A program made the position numbers and the translations under genes. From Acidimicrobiia bacterium (GTDB lineage Bacteria; Actinomycetota; Acidimicrobiia; Acidimicrobiales; Bin134), in contig JAJDYU010000046.1 of the NCBI GenBank assembly GCA_022825005.1, positions 18,140 through 82,139 of the forward strand: a stretch of DNA of 64,000 nucleotides, given 5' to 3'. The notes below the pieces were generated by a model. The model was not told where the DNA came from. It was given only the letters and a program-made list of their open reading frames with translations, and did not search any database. Of this stretch, positions 26,953 through 36,267 are shown piece after piece. Positions within the stretch are counted from its first letter, which is position 1. Every line of letters starts with the position of its first letter.

Positions 26953-27573
26953 ATGGCCCGCCTCAACGCCAACAACCTCACGGTTGCCCAGGAGATCTTG
27001 AGCCGGTATCCGGTTCCCCGCTCCGCTCTCATCCCCCTGCTGCACTTGGCCCAAGAACAAGACGGCTACGTCGCCGAGGACGCCATGGCCCACATCGCCG
27101 AACTGGTGGGTGTGACCCCCGCCGAGGTGATGGGCACGTGCAGCTTCTACGAGATGCTCAAGCGGGAGCCGGTGGGCCAATACATGGTCAACATCTGCAA
27201 CGGCATCTCCTGTCATCTGCTGGGCTCGTCCGATCTGATCCATCACGCTGAGGCCACCCTGGGGGTGAGGCCCGGCGGAACCACCGACGACGGCAAGATC
27301 ACCCTGGAAGCGGTGGAGTGCATCGCCGCCTGCACCGAGGCTCCTTGCCTCCAGGTCAACTACCGCTACCGCAACCAAGTCACCGCCGACGACTTCGACC
27401 AGCTGGTTGACGACTTGCGGGCTGGAACCGCCGGAGTGGCCCCCCACGGCCAGTTGGCCAAGGTGCGCCAGCACATCGGCGACGACCGCCGGGCCGGAGT
27501 GTCGCCCCCCGACGGCCAGGGCGAGCCCGCCTGGATGGCCCGCAATCCCTCCGACAACGGGGACGGCTCATGA
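26953..27573 (+). CDS. nuoE: NADH-quinone oxidoreductase subunit E
   Basis: SALIPLLHLAQEQDGY, NICNGISCHLLG, ECIAACTEAP ([2Fe-2S] cysteines). Internal ATG of track ORF 25627..27573. Confidence 0.9.
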   Translation: MARLNANNLTVAQEILSRYPVPRSALIPLLHLAQEQDGYVAEDAMAHIAELVGVTPAEVMGTCSFYEMLKREPVGQYMVNICNGISCHLLGSSDLIHHAEATLGVRPGGTTDDGKITLEAVECIAACTEAPCLQVNYRYRNQVTADDFDQLVDDLRAGTAGVAPHGQLAKVRQHIGDDRRAGVSPPDGQGEPAWMARNPSDNGDGS

Positions 27574-28898
27574 CCGCGCCTGCTCCCCAAGACCTGCGCA
27601 TCATCACCTCCCGCTTCGGCATCGAAGACGGCCACACCCTGGCCGGCTATGAACGCACCGGGGGCTATGCCGGGCTGAGGCGGGCGCTGGAGATGGCCCC
27701 CGCCGACGTCCACGGCGAGGTTCGCACCGCCAGCCTTTTGGGCCGGGGCGGCGCCGGGTTCCCCGCCGGGGTCAAGTGGGGGTTCTGCCCGCCCGGCGTG
27801 TGGCCCCGCTATTTGGTGGTCAACGGCGACGAGTCCGAGCCCGGCACCTACAAAGACCGACTCCTCATGGAGCGCGACCCCCATCAGCTCATCGAGGGCT
27901 GTTTGATCGCCTGCTACGCCCTCGGGCTCTCCCAGTGCTTCTTGTATGTGCGCGGCGAGATGGCCCACGCCCAAGAGCGGTTGGCCGCCGCCCTCAACGA
28001 GGCCTACGAGGCGGGCTACGTGGGCGCCAACGTGTTGGGCGCCGAGGACTTCTCGGTGGACATAACCCTGCACTGGGGGGCCGGGGCCTACATCGTGGGG
28101 GAGGAGACCGCCCTCATCGAGAGCCTGGAGGGCGACCGGGGTATGCCCCGGCTCAAGCCTCCTTATTTCCCGGCGTCTATCGGCCTCTACGGCAAACCCA
28201 CCATCGTCAACAACGTGGAAACCCTGGCCAACCTGCCGTGGATCGTGTCCAACGGCGGGGAGGCGTTTGCCGCTATGGGCGCCGACAGCTCCACCGGCAC
28301 CCGGGTGTTCGCGGTGTCGGGCCATGTGGCCAACCCGGGGGTGTTCGAGGTTCCCTTCGGCACCACCACCTTCCGCGACATCATCTTCGATCCCCTCTAC
28401 GCCGGCGGCATGCGCCCCGGCCGCACCCTCAAGACGTTCATCCCCGGCGGCGCGTCAGCGCCCTGGTTCTTTGAGGAACACCTCGACCTCCCCCTGGAGA
28501 AGACCACCGTCGATCAGGCCGGGTCGATGCTGGGCTCGGGGGCCATCGTGGTCATGGACGACACCACCGACGTGGTGAAGGCCTGCCACAACGTGGTGCG
28601 GTTCTTCGCCCGGGAGTCTTGCGGCAAGTGCACGCCGTGCCGGGAGGGCACATCCTGGCTGGAGAAAATCCTCAGCCGCATCCTGGCCGGCCAAGGCCGT
28701 CCCCAGGACCTGGACCTGCTCATGGATGTGTGCGACAACATCAGCCCCGGCATCGCCTGGCCACCCCGCCAGACCACCATCTGCCCGCTGGGACCTTCTG
28801 CCGTATCGCCCATCGCCTCGGCTTTGGAGCGGTTCCGCGGCGAGTTCGAGGCCTATCTGCCCGCCACCGCGGTGACTGTTGCGGGGGTGGCGTCGTGA
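27570..28898 (+). CDS. nuoF: NADH-quinone oxidoreductase subunit F
   Basis: GRGGAGFPAGVKW (FMN), NGDESEPGTYKDR, ESCGKCTPCREG (N3 cluster). Confidence 0.94.
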   Translation: MTAPAPQDLRIITSRFGIEDGHTLAGYERTGGYAGLRRALEMAPADVHGEVRTASLLGRGGAGFPAGVKWGFCPPGVWPRYLVVNGDESEPGTYKDRLLMERDPHQLIEGCLIACYALGLSQCFLYVRGEMAHAQERLAAALNEAYEAGYVGANVLGAEDFSVDITLHWGAGAYIVGEETALIESLEGDRGMPRLKPPYFPASIGLYGKPTIVNNVETLANLPWIVSNGGEAFAAMGADSSTGTRVFAVSGHVANPGVFEVPFGTTTFRDIIFDPLYAGGMRPGRTLKTFIPGGASAPWFFEEHLDLPLEKTTVDQAGSMLGSGAIVVMDDTTDVVKACHNVVRFFARESCGKCTPCREGTSWLEKILSRILAGQGRPQDLDLLMDVCDNISPGIAWPPRQTTICPLGPSAVSPIASALERFRGEFEAYLPATAVTVAGVAS

Positions 28899-31438
28899 GC
28901 GAGAACGAGACCGTGGTCAACATCACCGTCAACGGTAAGCCGGTGCAGGCTGAACCTGGCGAGTGGGTCATTGCCGCCGCCGAGCGGGCCGGGGTGTACA
29001 TCCCCCACTTCTGCTACCACCCCCGCATGAATTCGGTGGGCATGTGCCGCATGTGCATCGTGGACATCGACACCGGGCGAGGCCCCGCCTTGCAACCCTC
29101 CTGCATGGTGGCGGTGAGCGAGGGCATGGTGGTGGACACCACCTCCGAGCAAACCCGCAAGGCCCAAGACGGGGTGTTGGAGTTCTTGCTGCTGAACCAC
29201 CCGCTGGACTGCCCGGTGTGCGACAAGGGCGGCGAGTGCCCCCTCCAAGACCAGACCATGGCCTACGGCCCCGGCGAGAGCCGGTTCGTGGAGGAGAAGC
29301 GCCACTTCGAAAAGCCCATCCCGGTGAACGACTTTGTGTACCTCGACCGGGAGCGCTGCATCCTGTGCGACCGTTGCACCCGTTTCGCCGACGAGGTGGC
29401 CGGCGACCCGCTGATCACATTCCAAGACCGGGGCGACCAGACCCAGGTGAACACCTTCCCCGAACTGCCTTTCTCCTCCTACTTCAGCGGCAACACCGTG
29501 CAGATCTGCCCGGTGGGCGCGCTCACCGCGGTGCCCTATCGGTTCAAGGCCCGCCCTTGGGACCTCACCGAGGTGGAGTCCACCTACCCCAACCCGATGG
29601 GCGACCGGGTGGTGGTGCAGGCCTCGCGTGATCAGGTGCTGCGCTATCAGGGGGTGGACAGCGACGCGGTCAACTGGGGGTGGCTCACCGACAAGGACCG
29701 ATTCTCGTTCGAGGCCACCGCCAGCGAGCTGCGGCTTCAGACCCCGCTTATTCGAGGCACGCCTTTGGGCCGGCCCGACCCCGGCGGCAGCGAGCTGGTG
29801 GAAACCACCTGGCGCCAAGCCCTCACCCAAGCAGCCGATGCCATCAAGGCGGCGGTGGCCGACAAGGGTCCCCAATCGGTGGCGGTTCTGGGGGGCGCCC
29901 GGCTCACCAACGAGGACCAGTACACATGGGCCCGGCTGGCCAAGGCAGTGATCGGCACCGACAACGTCGACGCCCAGCTCGACGACGGCCTTCCCGCCGA
30001 TGCGGTGCTCGGCCTGCCCCGGGCCACCATCAACCGGGCCTGCACCCCCGGCGGCACCGTGATACTGCTGGCCCCCGATCCCAAAGAGGAGCAGGGCACG
30101 CTGTACCTGCGCCTGCGCCACGCCGTGGTCAACGACGGGGTGCAGCTCATCGAGATCACCCCCCGGGCCACCGGGCTCAGCCATCTGGCGGCCCACGGGC
30201 TGCACCACCGCCCCGGAGAGGCCGCCGCGGTGGCCGCGGCGCTGGTGGGCGGCGACATCGATTCTGGACCCGACGGAGACATCGGCGGTGTCCCCTCCGC
30301 AGACGTGGCGGCCGCGGCGGCGGCACTGGCCGACCGCGCCGACCAGCCGATCACCGTGATCCTGGGCCGCCCCTCGCTGGCCGAGTCGGCCGACTTCACC
30401 TTGGACGCGGTGGCTGAGCTGGCCCGGTTCGCCAACCTTCTAAACGCCGGCGGGCGGCCGGGCATCGCGTTCTTGCCCGCACTGCACCGGGGCAACGTGC
30501 TGGGCGCGCTCGACATGGGACTGGCCCCGGGCCTGCTGCCCGGTCGGACCACCCTGGCCGACGGCGGACGGTCACTGGCCGAATCGTGGGGCTCGGTGCC
30601 CTCTGCCCCGGGCGCGGGTACCCGCGACATCCTGAAAGCCGCCGCCGAAGGCCGCATCGACGTGCTGATCCTGCTGGGGGCCGATCCGCTGGGCGACTTC
30701 CCCAATTCCGAGCAGGCCGAAGAGGCCCTCAGCCAGGTGGGCACGATCATCGCCTCGGATCTGTTCCTCAACCCCTCTGCGGGCCGGGCCCACGTCGTGT
30801 TCCCCGCGGCCGGGTTTGCCGAGCGCCGGGGCACCCACACCAACCTGGAAGGGCGGGTAACCGTCCAGCGTCAGATCATCACCCCGCCGGGCACCGCCCG
30901 GGCTGACTGGGCCATCGCCACCGAACTGGCCCGACAGCTAGGCGCTGACTTCGGTCTCGGCTCTCCCGAGGAGGTGTGGGAAGAGATCGCCGCGGTGGCC
31001 CCGTCGCACCGGGGCCTGTCCATCGAGGCCATCGACGCTTCCGACGACGGCGTGGTGGTGGCCGACAGCTCCATCGCCTTCACCCCGCCCGAATCCTCCG
31101 CCTCGGCCCCGCCGACCGACGCCTACTCCCTGCGGCTGGTGTCGGCCCGGAGGATGTACGACCGGGGCACCCTGGTCCAGCACACCGGTTCGCTGGCCGG
31201 CTTGGCCCCGGCCGCCGTTCTGTCGGTCAATCCCTACGACTTCTCGCGGGTCGGCGTAGAGACGGGCACCGATGTGAAGGTGATCTCCAACGTGGGCGAG
31301 ATGGACATGCCGGTGGTGGCCGACCCCGGTGTGCCCCGGGGAACCGCGGCGTTCGGCTACAACCACCCCGACCTGGATGTGCGTGATCTGGTAGATCCCA
31401 ACGCGGCGGTCACCGACCTGAGGATCCAAACCCGATGA
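28895..31438 (+). CDS. nuoG: NADH-quinone oxidoreductase subunit G
   Basis: GTG overlaps the nuoF stop (GTGA). IPHFCYHPRMNSVGMCRMCIV, HPLDCPVCDKGGECPLQD, CILCDRCTRF, then a molybdopterin-oxidoreductase-like domain. Confidence 0.92.
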   Translation: MSENETVVNITVNGKPVQAEPGEWVIAAAERAGVYIPHFCYHPRMNSVGMCRMCIVDIDTGRGPALQPSCMVAVSEGMVVDTTSEQTRKAQDGVLEFLLLNHPLDCPVCDKGGECPLQDQTMAYGPGESRFVEEKRHFEKPIPVNDFVYLDRERCILCDRCTRFADEVAGDPLITFQDRGDQTQVNTFPELPFSSYFSGNTVQICPVGALTAVPYRFKARPWDLTEVESTYPNPMGDRVVVQASRDQVLRYQGVDSDAVNWGWLTDKDRFSFEATASELRLQTPLIRGTPLGRPDPGGSELVETTWRQALTQAADAIKAAVADKGPQSVAVLGGARLTNEDQYTWARLAKAVIGTDNVDAQLDDGLPADAVLGLPRATINRACTPGGTVILLAPDPKEEQGTLYLRLRHAVVNDGVQLIEITPRATGLSHLAAHGLHHRPGEAAAVAAALVGGDIDSGPDGDIGGVPSADVAAAAAALADRADQPITVILGRPSLAESADFTLDAVAELARFANLLNAGGRPGIAFLPALHRGNVLGALDMGLAPGLLPGRTTLADGGRSLAESWGSVPSAPGAGTRDILKAAAEGRIDVLILLGADPLGDFPNSEQAEEALSQVGTIIASDLFLNPSAGRAHVVFPAAGFAERRGTHTNLEGRVTVQRQIITPPGTARADWAIATELARQLGADFGLGSPEEVWEEIAAVAPSHRGLSIEAIDASDDGVVVADSSIAFTPPESSASAPPTDAYSLRLVSARRMYDRGTLVQHTGSLAGLAPAAVLSVNPYDFSRVGVETGTDVKVISNVGEMDMPVVADPGVPRGTAAFGYNHPDLDVRDLVDPNAAVTDLRIQTR

Positions 31439-31480
31439 CCGCGGGTTTGTCGAACCAAGGGGTCAAAACCCGATGACCGC
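31428..31480 (+). repeat. 15-bp perfect direct repeat (aaacccgatgaccgc), period 38, duplicating the nuoG-stop/nuoH-start ATGA junction
   Basis: Copies at 31428-31442 and 31466-31480, read directly. Confidence 0.9.
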
Positions 31481-32690
31481 CGCTCTCGGTCCCACCGTGT
31501 TTGGCATCGACCCCCTGTATGTGGGCGGGGCGGGCCTGGCCGAAGTGCTCATCACCCTGCTCAAGGTGGGAGTGGCCTTCGCGGTGCTGTTGGTGGCCGT
31601 CATGTTGATGATCTGGTTCGAGCGCAAGCTCATTAGCGACATGCAGAACCGCATCGGCCCCAACCTGGCCGGCCCGTTCGGCATCTTCCAAACGCTGGCC
31701 GACGGCATCAAGCTGTTCTTCAAAGAAGACCTCATCCCCGAGCAGTCCGACCGCTTGGTCTTCAAGCTGGCCCCCTACCTGTCGCTGGTGCCTGCCTTCT
31801 TGGTGTTCGCCGTGGTCCCGGTGGGGGGAGACTTCAGCGGCGGCAACGGCCGGGTCTCCTTATTCGGACACGAGACCTTCCTCCAGGTGTCCGACCCACC
31901 GGTGGGCATCCTGCTGGTGCTGGCCATGTCGTCGGTGGCGGTATACGGGGTCATGCTGGCCGGGTGGTCGTCGGGCTCCAAGTATCCGCTGCTGGCGTCG
32001 GTGCGGGCCTCGGCCCAGATGGTTTCGTATGAGGCCGCCCTGGGGCTGTCGCTGGCCGCAGTGCTGTTGAAGTCGGGCAGCTTGTCCACCAACCAGATCG
32101 TGGCCGAGCAGTCGGTGTGGAACTGGAACCTGTGGGTTACCTGGGTGGTGCCCATGGTGATCTTCTTGATCGCGGCCACCGCCGAGCTCAACCGGCCCCC
32201 GTTCGATTTGGTGGAGGCCGAGCAGGAGCTGGTCGGGGGCTTCCACACCGAGTACAGCTCCATCCGGTTCGCCTTGTTCTTCCTGGCCGAGTTCATGAAC
32301 ACCATCACCATGTCGGCCATCATCGTCACGCTGTTCTTGGGCGGTCCCAACGGCCCCGACTTCACCACGGTGGGCTGGCTGTCGGGCCTGCTGTGGTTCT
32401 TCATCAAGCTGATGCTGTTCCTGTTTGCCTTCGTGTGGCTGCGGGCCACCCTGCCCCGCTTCCGCTACGACCAGCTCATGGATTTGGGCTGGAAGCTGCT
32501 CATCCCCCTGTCGCTGGGCTGGCTGCTGGTGCTGGCCTCTTATGACGTGGCCGGCGACCGGGGTTGGAACCGAGCCGCCGCGGTGATCGTGATGCTGGCC
32601 ATCATGGCCGCACTGGCCGGGCTCTTGGCCCTGGCCCTGCGGGCCGCCCGCCAACGCCGGGAGCTCGACCCCCAAGGAGGATTCGCGTGA
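31473..32690 (+). CDS. nuoH: NADH-quinone oxidoreductase subunit H
   Basis: ERKLISDMQNRIGPN, DGIKLFFKED, AELNRPPFDLVEAEQELVGGFHTEYS. Confidence 0.93.
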   Translation: MTAALGPTVFGIDPLYVGGAGLAEVLITLLKVGVAFAVLLVAVMLMIWFERKLISDMQNRIGPNLAGPFGIFQTLADGIKLFFKEDLIPEQSDRLVFKLAPYLSLVPAFLVFAVVPVGGDFSGGNGRVSLFGHETFLQVSDPPVGILLVLAMSSVAVYGVMLAGWSSGSKYPLLASVRASAQMVSYEAALGLSLAAVLLKSGSLSTNQIVAEQSVWNWNLWVTWVVPMVIFLIAATAELNRPPFDLVEAEQELVGGFHTEYSSIRFALFFLAEFMNTITMSAIIVTLFLGGPNGPDFTTVGWLSGLLWFFIKLMLFLFAFVWLRATLPRFRYDQLMDLGWKLLIPLSLGWLLVLASYDVAGDRGWNRAAAVIVMLAIMAALAGLLALALRAARQRRELDPQGGFA

Positions 32691-32746
32691 GCCGTTGCTT
32701 GATCGCCAAGCGCGAAGTCTCGTCAATCGTTGGAGAGGGCCGATAA

Positions 32747-33424
32747 ATGGGATACCTCCGAGGATTTGCGGTAACTCTGCGCAAGATGCTCAAGGGCACC
32801 GAGTCGGGCCGGGTGGTCACCACCCAATACCCCGACGAGAAGCGCCCCAAGCCCGAGCGCTTCCACGGCCGCCACGTGCTCAACCGCTACGAGGACGGCA
32901 TGGAGAAGTGCATCGGGTGCGAACTGTGCGCCGGCGTGTGCCCGGCCCGCTGCATCTATGTGCGGGGGGCCGACAACCCGCCCGACGATCCGGTGTCGCC
33001 CGGCGAGCGCTTCGGCTATGTCTACGAGATCAACTACTTGCGGTGCATCCACTGCGACCTGTGCGTGGAGGCCTGCCCCACTGAGGCCATCACCGAGACG
33101 AAGCTGTTCGAGTTCTCGTTCACCAACCGGTCCGACGCCATCTACACCAAAGACGAGCTGGTGGTGGGCGACGACGGCCGACCCCAGCAGCTTCCCTGGG
33201 AGCACTGGGAGCCCGGCGACGACGAGCACACCTCGGCGTGGGTACGGGCCACTTCGCCATCGGGTCAGGCCGCCTACGAGGGCAAGGTGGCCTGGTCGGG
33301 CGAGCTGGGCTACGGCATCCGCTCCCCGGAGCGGGGCCAGTCGGAGGAAGAGCCCGAAGATGCCGCCGAAGCTGCCGAGGACCACAGCCCGCACGATGAC
33401 GACGACCACGGAGGCCACCACTGA
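32747..33424 (+). CDS. nuoI: NADH-quinone oxidoreductase subunit I
   Basis: [12 protein letters not shown] and [13 protein letters not shown]-terminal extension of about 90 aa ending [15 protein letters not shown]. Confidence 0.92.
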   Translation: MGYLRGFAVTLRKMLKGTESGRVVTTQYPDEKRPKPERFHGRHVLNRYEDGMEKCIGCELCAGVCPARCIYVRGADNPPDDPVSPGERFGYVYEINYLRCIHCDLCVEACPTEAITETKLFEFSFTNRSDAIYTKDELVVGDDGRPQQLPWEHWEPGDDEHTSAWVRATSPSGQAAYEGKVAWSGELGYGIRSPERGQSEEEPEDAAEAAEDHSPHDDDDHGGHH

Positions 33425-33987
33425 TGGAGACTGCGGTCTTCATAGTGTGCGCGGCCATAGTGCTGGCTGGGGCGCTGGGCGTGGTGCTGGCCCGCAACCC
33501 GGTACACGCCGCGTTGAGCCTGGTGGGAACCCTGTTCGGCATGGCCGTGCTGTTCTTGAACTTGGAGGCCCACTTCCTGGCCGCAGTGCAGATCATCGTG
33601 TACGCCGGCGCCATCGTGGTGCTGTTCTTGTTCGTGATCATGCTGCTGGGCGTCGATCGGCTGGAAGACCTGTCGGTGGAGCCCATCACCGGCCAGCGCA
33701 CCCTGGCCATCCTGGCCGGCGTAGGCACCTTTGTGCTGGCGGTGGCGTTTCTCCTGGGCAGCGGCATCGGCCCATCGGATCCCGGCCCCAAGATCCTCAC
33801 GCTGGACATCACCGACCAATCCACCTACTCCAATCTGCGCCAGATCGCCGACTTTTTGTTCACCGATTACGTGTACGCCTTTGAGGCCACTGCCGCCCTG
33901 CTCACCATCTCGGTGGTGGGCGCGGTGGTCATGTCCCGCCGCATGGCCTGCAGTGACGAGGCCCAAGAGAGCGCGGGAGACGACTGA
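33424..33987 (+). CDS. nuoJ: NADH-quinone oxidoreductase subunit J
   Basis: Five [35 protein letters not shown] coupling on both sides. Confidence 0.88.
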   Translation: METAVFIVCAAIVLAGALGVVLARNPVHAALSLVGTLFGMAVLFLNLEAHFLAAVQIIVYAGAIVVLFLFVIMLLGVDRLEDLSVEPITGQRTLAILAGVGTFVLAVAFLLGSGIGPSDPGPKILTLDITDQSTYSNLRQIADFLFTDYVYAFEATAALLTISVVGAVVMSRRMACSDEAQESAGDD

Positions 33988-34289
33988 TGGTCACCGCCTC
34001 CTGGTACCTGATCCTGGCCGCCGGTCTGTTCACCATCGGCGCGGTGGGCCTTTTGGTGCGGCGCAACCCGCTGATCATGTTCATGTGCGTGGAGCTGATG
34101 CTCAACGCCGTCAACCTCACCTTCATCACCTTCGGTCGGGAGCTCAACGACATCGGCGGGCAGGTGTCGGTGTTCTTTGTGCTGGTGGTGGCCGCCGCCG
34201 AAGTGGTGGTGGGCCTGGCCATCGTGGTGGCCATCAACCGCCGCCGCCCCCAAGCCACCGCCGACGACCTATCGGCGCTGAGGGGATAG
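33987..34289 (+). CDS. nuoK: NADH-quinone oxidoreductase subunit K
   Basis: 100 aa, three [31 protein letters not shown]. Confidence 0.9.
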   Translation: MVTASWYLILAAGLFTIGAVGLLVRRNPLIMFMCVELMLNAVNLTFITFGRELNDIGGQVSVFFVLVVAAAEVVVGLAIVVAINRRRPQATADDLSALRG

Positions 34290-34296
34290 CGCCGCC

Positions 34297-36267
34297 ATGA
34301 GCACGCTCGTTGACCTCGTCTGGTTGGTCCCCGCTTTCCCGCTGGCCGGGGTGCTGATCTTGATGGCGCTGGGCCGTCGCCTGGGCGAGCCCCGGGCCGG
34401 TTGGCTGGCCACCGCCATGATGGGCGGCTCGTTCGTGGCCACGCTTTTGGTGTTCATCGGGCTCATCGGCCACGAGGGCGACGAACGGGAGACGGTGGTC
34501 ACCCTGTTCGAGTGGGTGCCGGCCGGGAAGCTGGCGGTGGACATCGGCTTTCTGGCCGACCCCCTGTCCATCACCATGGCCCTGTTCGTGACCGGGGTGG
34601 GCGCCCTCATCCACCTCTATTCCATCGGCTACATGCACGGCGACGAGGGCTTTTCCAAGTTCTTCATCTACCTCAACCTGTTCGCCTTCTCCATGCTCAT
34701 GCTGGTGCTGGGCGACAACCTGCTGCTCACCTTCCTGGGCTGGGAGGGAGTGGGAGCCTGCTCCTACCTGCTGATCTCGTTCTGGTTCACCGACGAGGCC
34801 AATGCCTCGGCGGGCAAGAAGGCGTTCGTCACCAACCGGGTGGGTGACTGGGGCTTTCTGGTGGCCATGTTCCTGGCGTTTCTCACCTTCGGGTCGCTCC
34901 AGTACGGGGAGATCTTCTTCGAGGTCGAATCGCATGGCGTGGCCGCGGGCACCGCGTCGGCCATCGTGGTGCTGCTGCTGGTGGGCGCGGCCGGCAAGTC
35001 GGCCCAGTTCCCGCTGCACATCTGGCTGCCTGACGCCATGGCCGGCCCCACCCCGGTGTCGGCCCTCATCCACGCTGCCACCATGGTCACCGCCGGGGTT
35101 TATCTGCTCACCCGGATGAACCCGATCATCGCCGAGGCCCATGGCTGGGTGCCCGACCTCATCATGTGGGTGGGCCTGGGCACCGCGCTGATGGCCGCCA
35201 CCATAGCGGTGGCCCAAAACGACATCAAGAAGGTGCTGGCCTACTCCACAGTCAGCCAGCTCGGATTCATGTTCGTGGCCGTCGGCTCATGCGCCTACGT
35301 GGCCGCCATCTTCCACATGGTCACCCATGCTTTCTTCAAGGCGCTGCTGTTCCTGGGGGCCGGGTCGGTGATCCACGGCATGGACGGCGACCAGGACATC
35401 CGCCGCTACGGCGGACTGGCCCGGTTGCTGCCCATCACCTCGATGACCTTCGTGGCCGGGTGGTTGGCCATCGCCGGCGTGCCGCCGTTCTCGGGCTTCT
35501 GGTCGAAGGACGAGATCCTGGCCTACGCCTACGGCGAGAACAAGGTGCTGTGGGTGCTGCTTTTGGCCACCGCCATCCTCACCGCCTTCTACATGACCCG
35601 GCTGGTGCTCATGACCTTCTTCGGCCCGCCCCGCTGGGTTGAGGCTGAGGCTCAAGTTGAAGCTGAGGCTGATGAGGAGCCGGAAGATTCGGCCGAAGCC
35701 GCCTCCGAGGCTGGCCCGCCCCACCGACACCCACACGAGTCGCCCTGGACCATGACCGTCCCGCTGATGGCGCTGGCCGGATTAGCCATTGTCGCTGGAA
35801 TGTTCAATCTTCCGTTCACCTCCGATGTCCACTTCTTGGGCAACTGGCTGAAGCCGTCGCTGTTCGGCAACTCCGGCCATCTTCCCTTCGGCGGGGGCAC
35901 CCAGTGGATATTGGCCATCGTGGCCATTGTCGGAAGCCTGGGCGGGGTGTCGGCCGGGGCTGCGGTGTACATCCGCCGCCGGATCGACCCGGCCCGCATC
36001 GAGCACCCCTTCTTGGCCCGGGCGTGGCGCATCGACGAGACCGTCACCAACTTCATGGGCGGCCCCGGCCGTCGGGCCTTCGAGCGAACCACCGAGTTCG
36101 ATGAGCAGGTGGTGGACGGTGCGGTCAACGCCACCGGCACCCTGATCCGCCGGGCCGGAACCAAGCTGCGGGTGTCGCAAACTGGCCTGGTGCGCAGCTA
36201 CGCCCTGGGCATCGCCATCGGCGCAGTGGGGCTACTGGCCTGGTTCATATATAGGGCAGGGTTGTAA
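34297..36267 (+). CDS. nuoL: NADH-quinone oxidoreductase subunit L
   Basis: FLGWEGVGACSYLLISFW, GKSAQFPLHIWLPDAMAGPTPVSALIHAATMV. 656 aa with an acidic insert, EAEAQVEAEADEEPEDS. Confidence 0.92.
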   Translation: MSTLVDLVWLVPAFPLAGVLILMALGRRLGEPRAGWLATAMMGGSFVATLLVFIGLIGHEGDERETVVTLFEWVPAGKLAVDIGFLADPLSITMALFVTGVGALIHLYSIGYMHGDEGFSKFFIYLNLFAFSMLMLVLGDNLLLTFLGWEGVGACSYLLISFWFTDEANASAGKKAFVTNRVGDWGFLVAMFLAFLTFGSLQYGEIFFEVESHGVAAGTASAIVVLLLVGAAGKSAQFPLHIWLPDAMAGPTPVSALIHAATMVTAGVYLLTRMNPIIAEAHGWVPDLIMWVGLGTALMAATIAVAQNDIKKVLAYSTVSQLGFMFVAVGSCAYVAAIFHMVTHAFFKALLFLGAGSVIHGMDGDQDIRRYGGLARLLPITSMTFVAGWLAIAGVPPFSGFWSKDEILAYAYGENKVLWVLLLATAILTAFYMTRLVLMTFFGPPRWVEAEAQVEAEADEEPEDSAEAASEAGPPHRHPHESPWTMTVPLMALAGLAIVAGMFNLPFTSDVHFLGNWLKPSLFGNSGHLPFGGGTQWILAIVAIVGSLGGVSAGAAVYIRRRIDPARIEHPFLARAWRIDETVTNFMGGPGRRAFERTTEFDEQVVDGAVNATGTLIRRAGTKLRVSQTGLVRSYALGIAIGAVGLLAWFIYRAGL

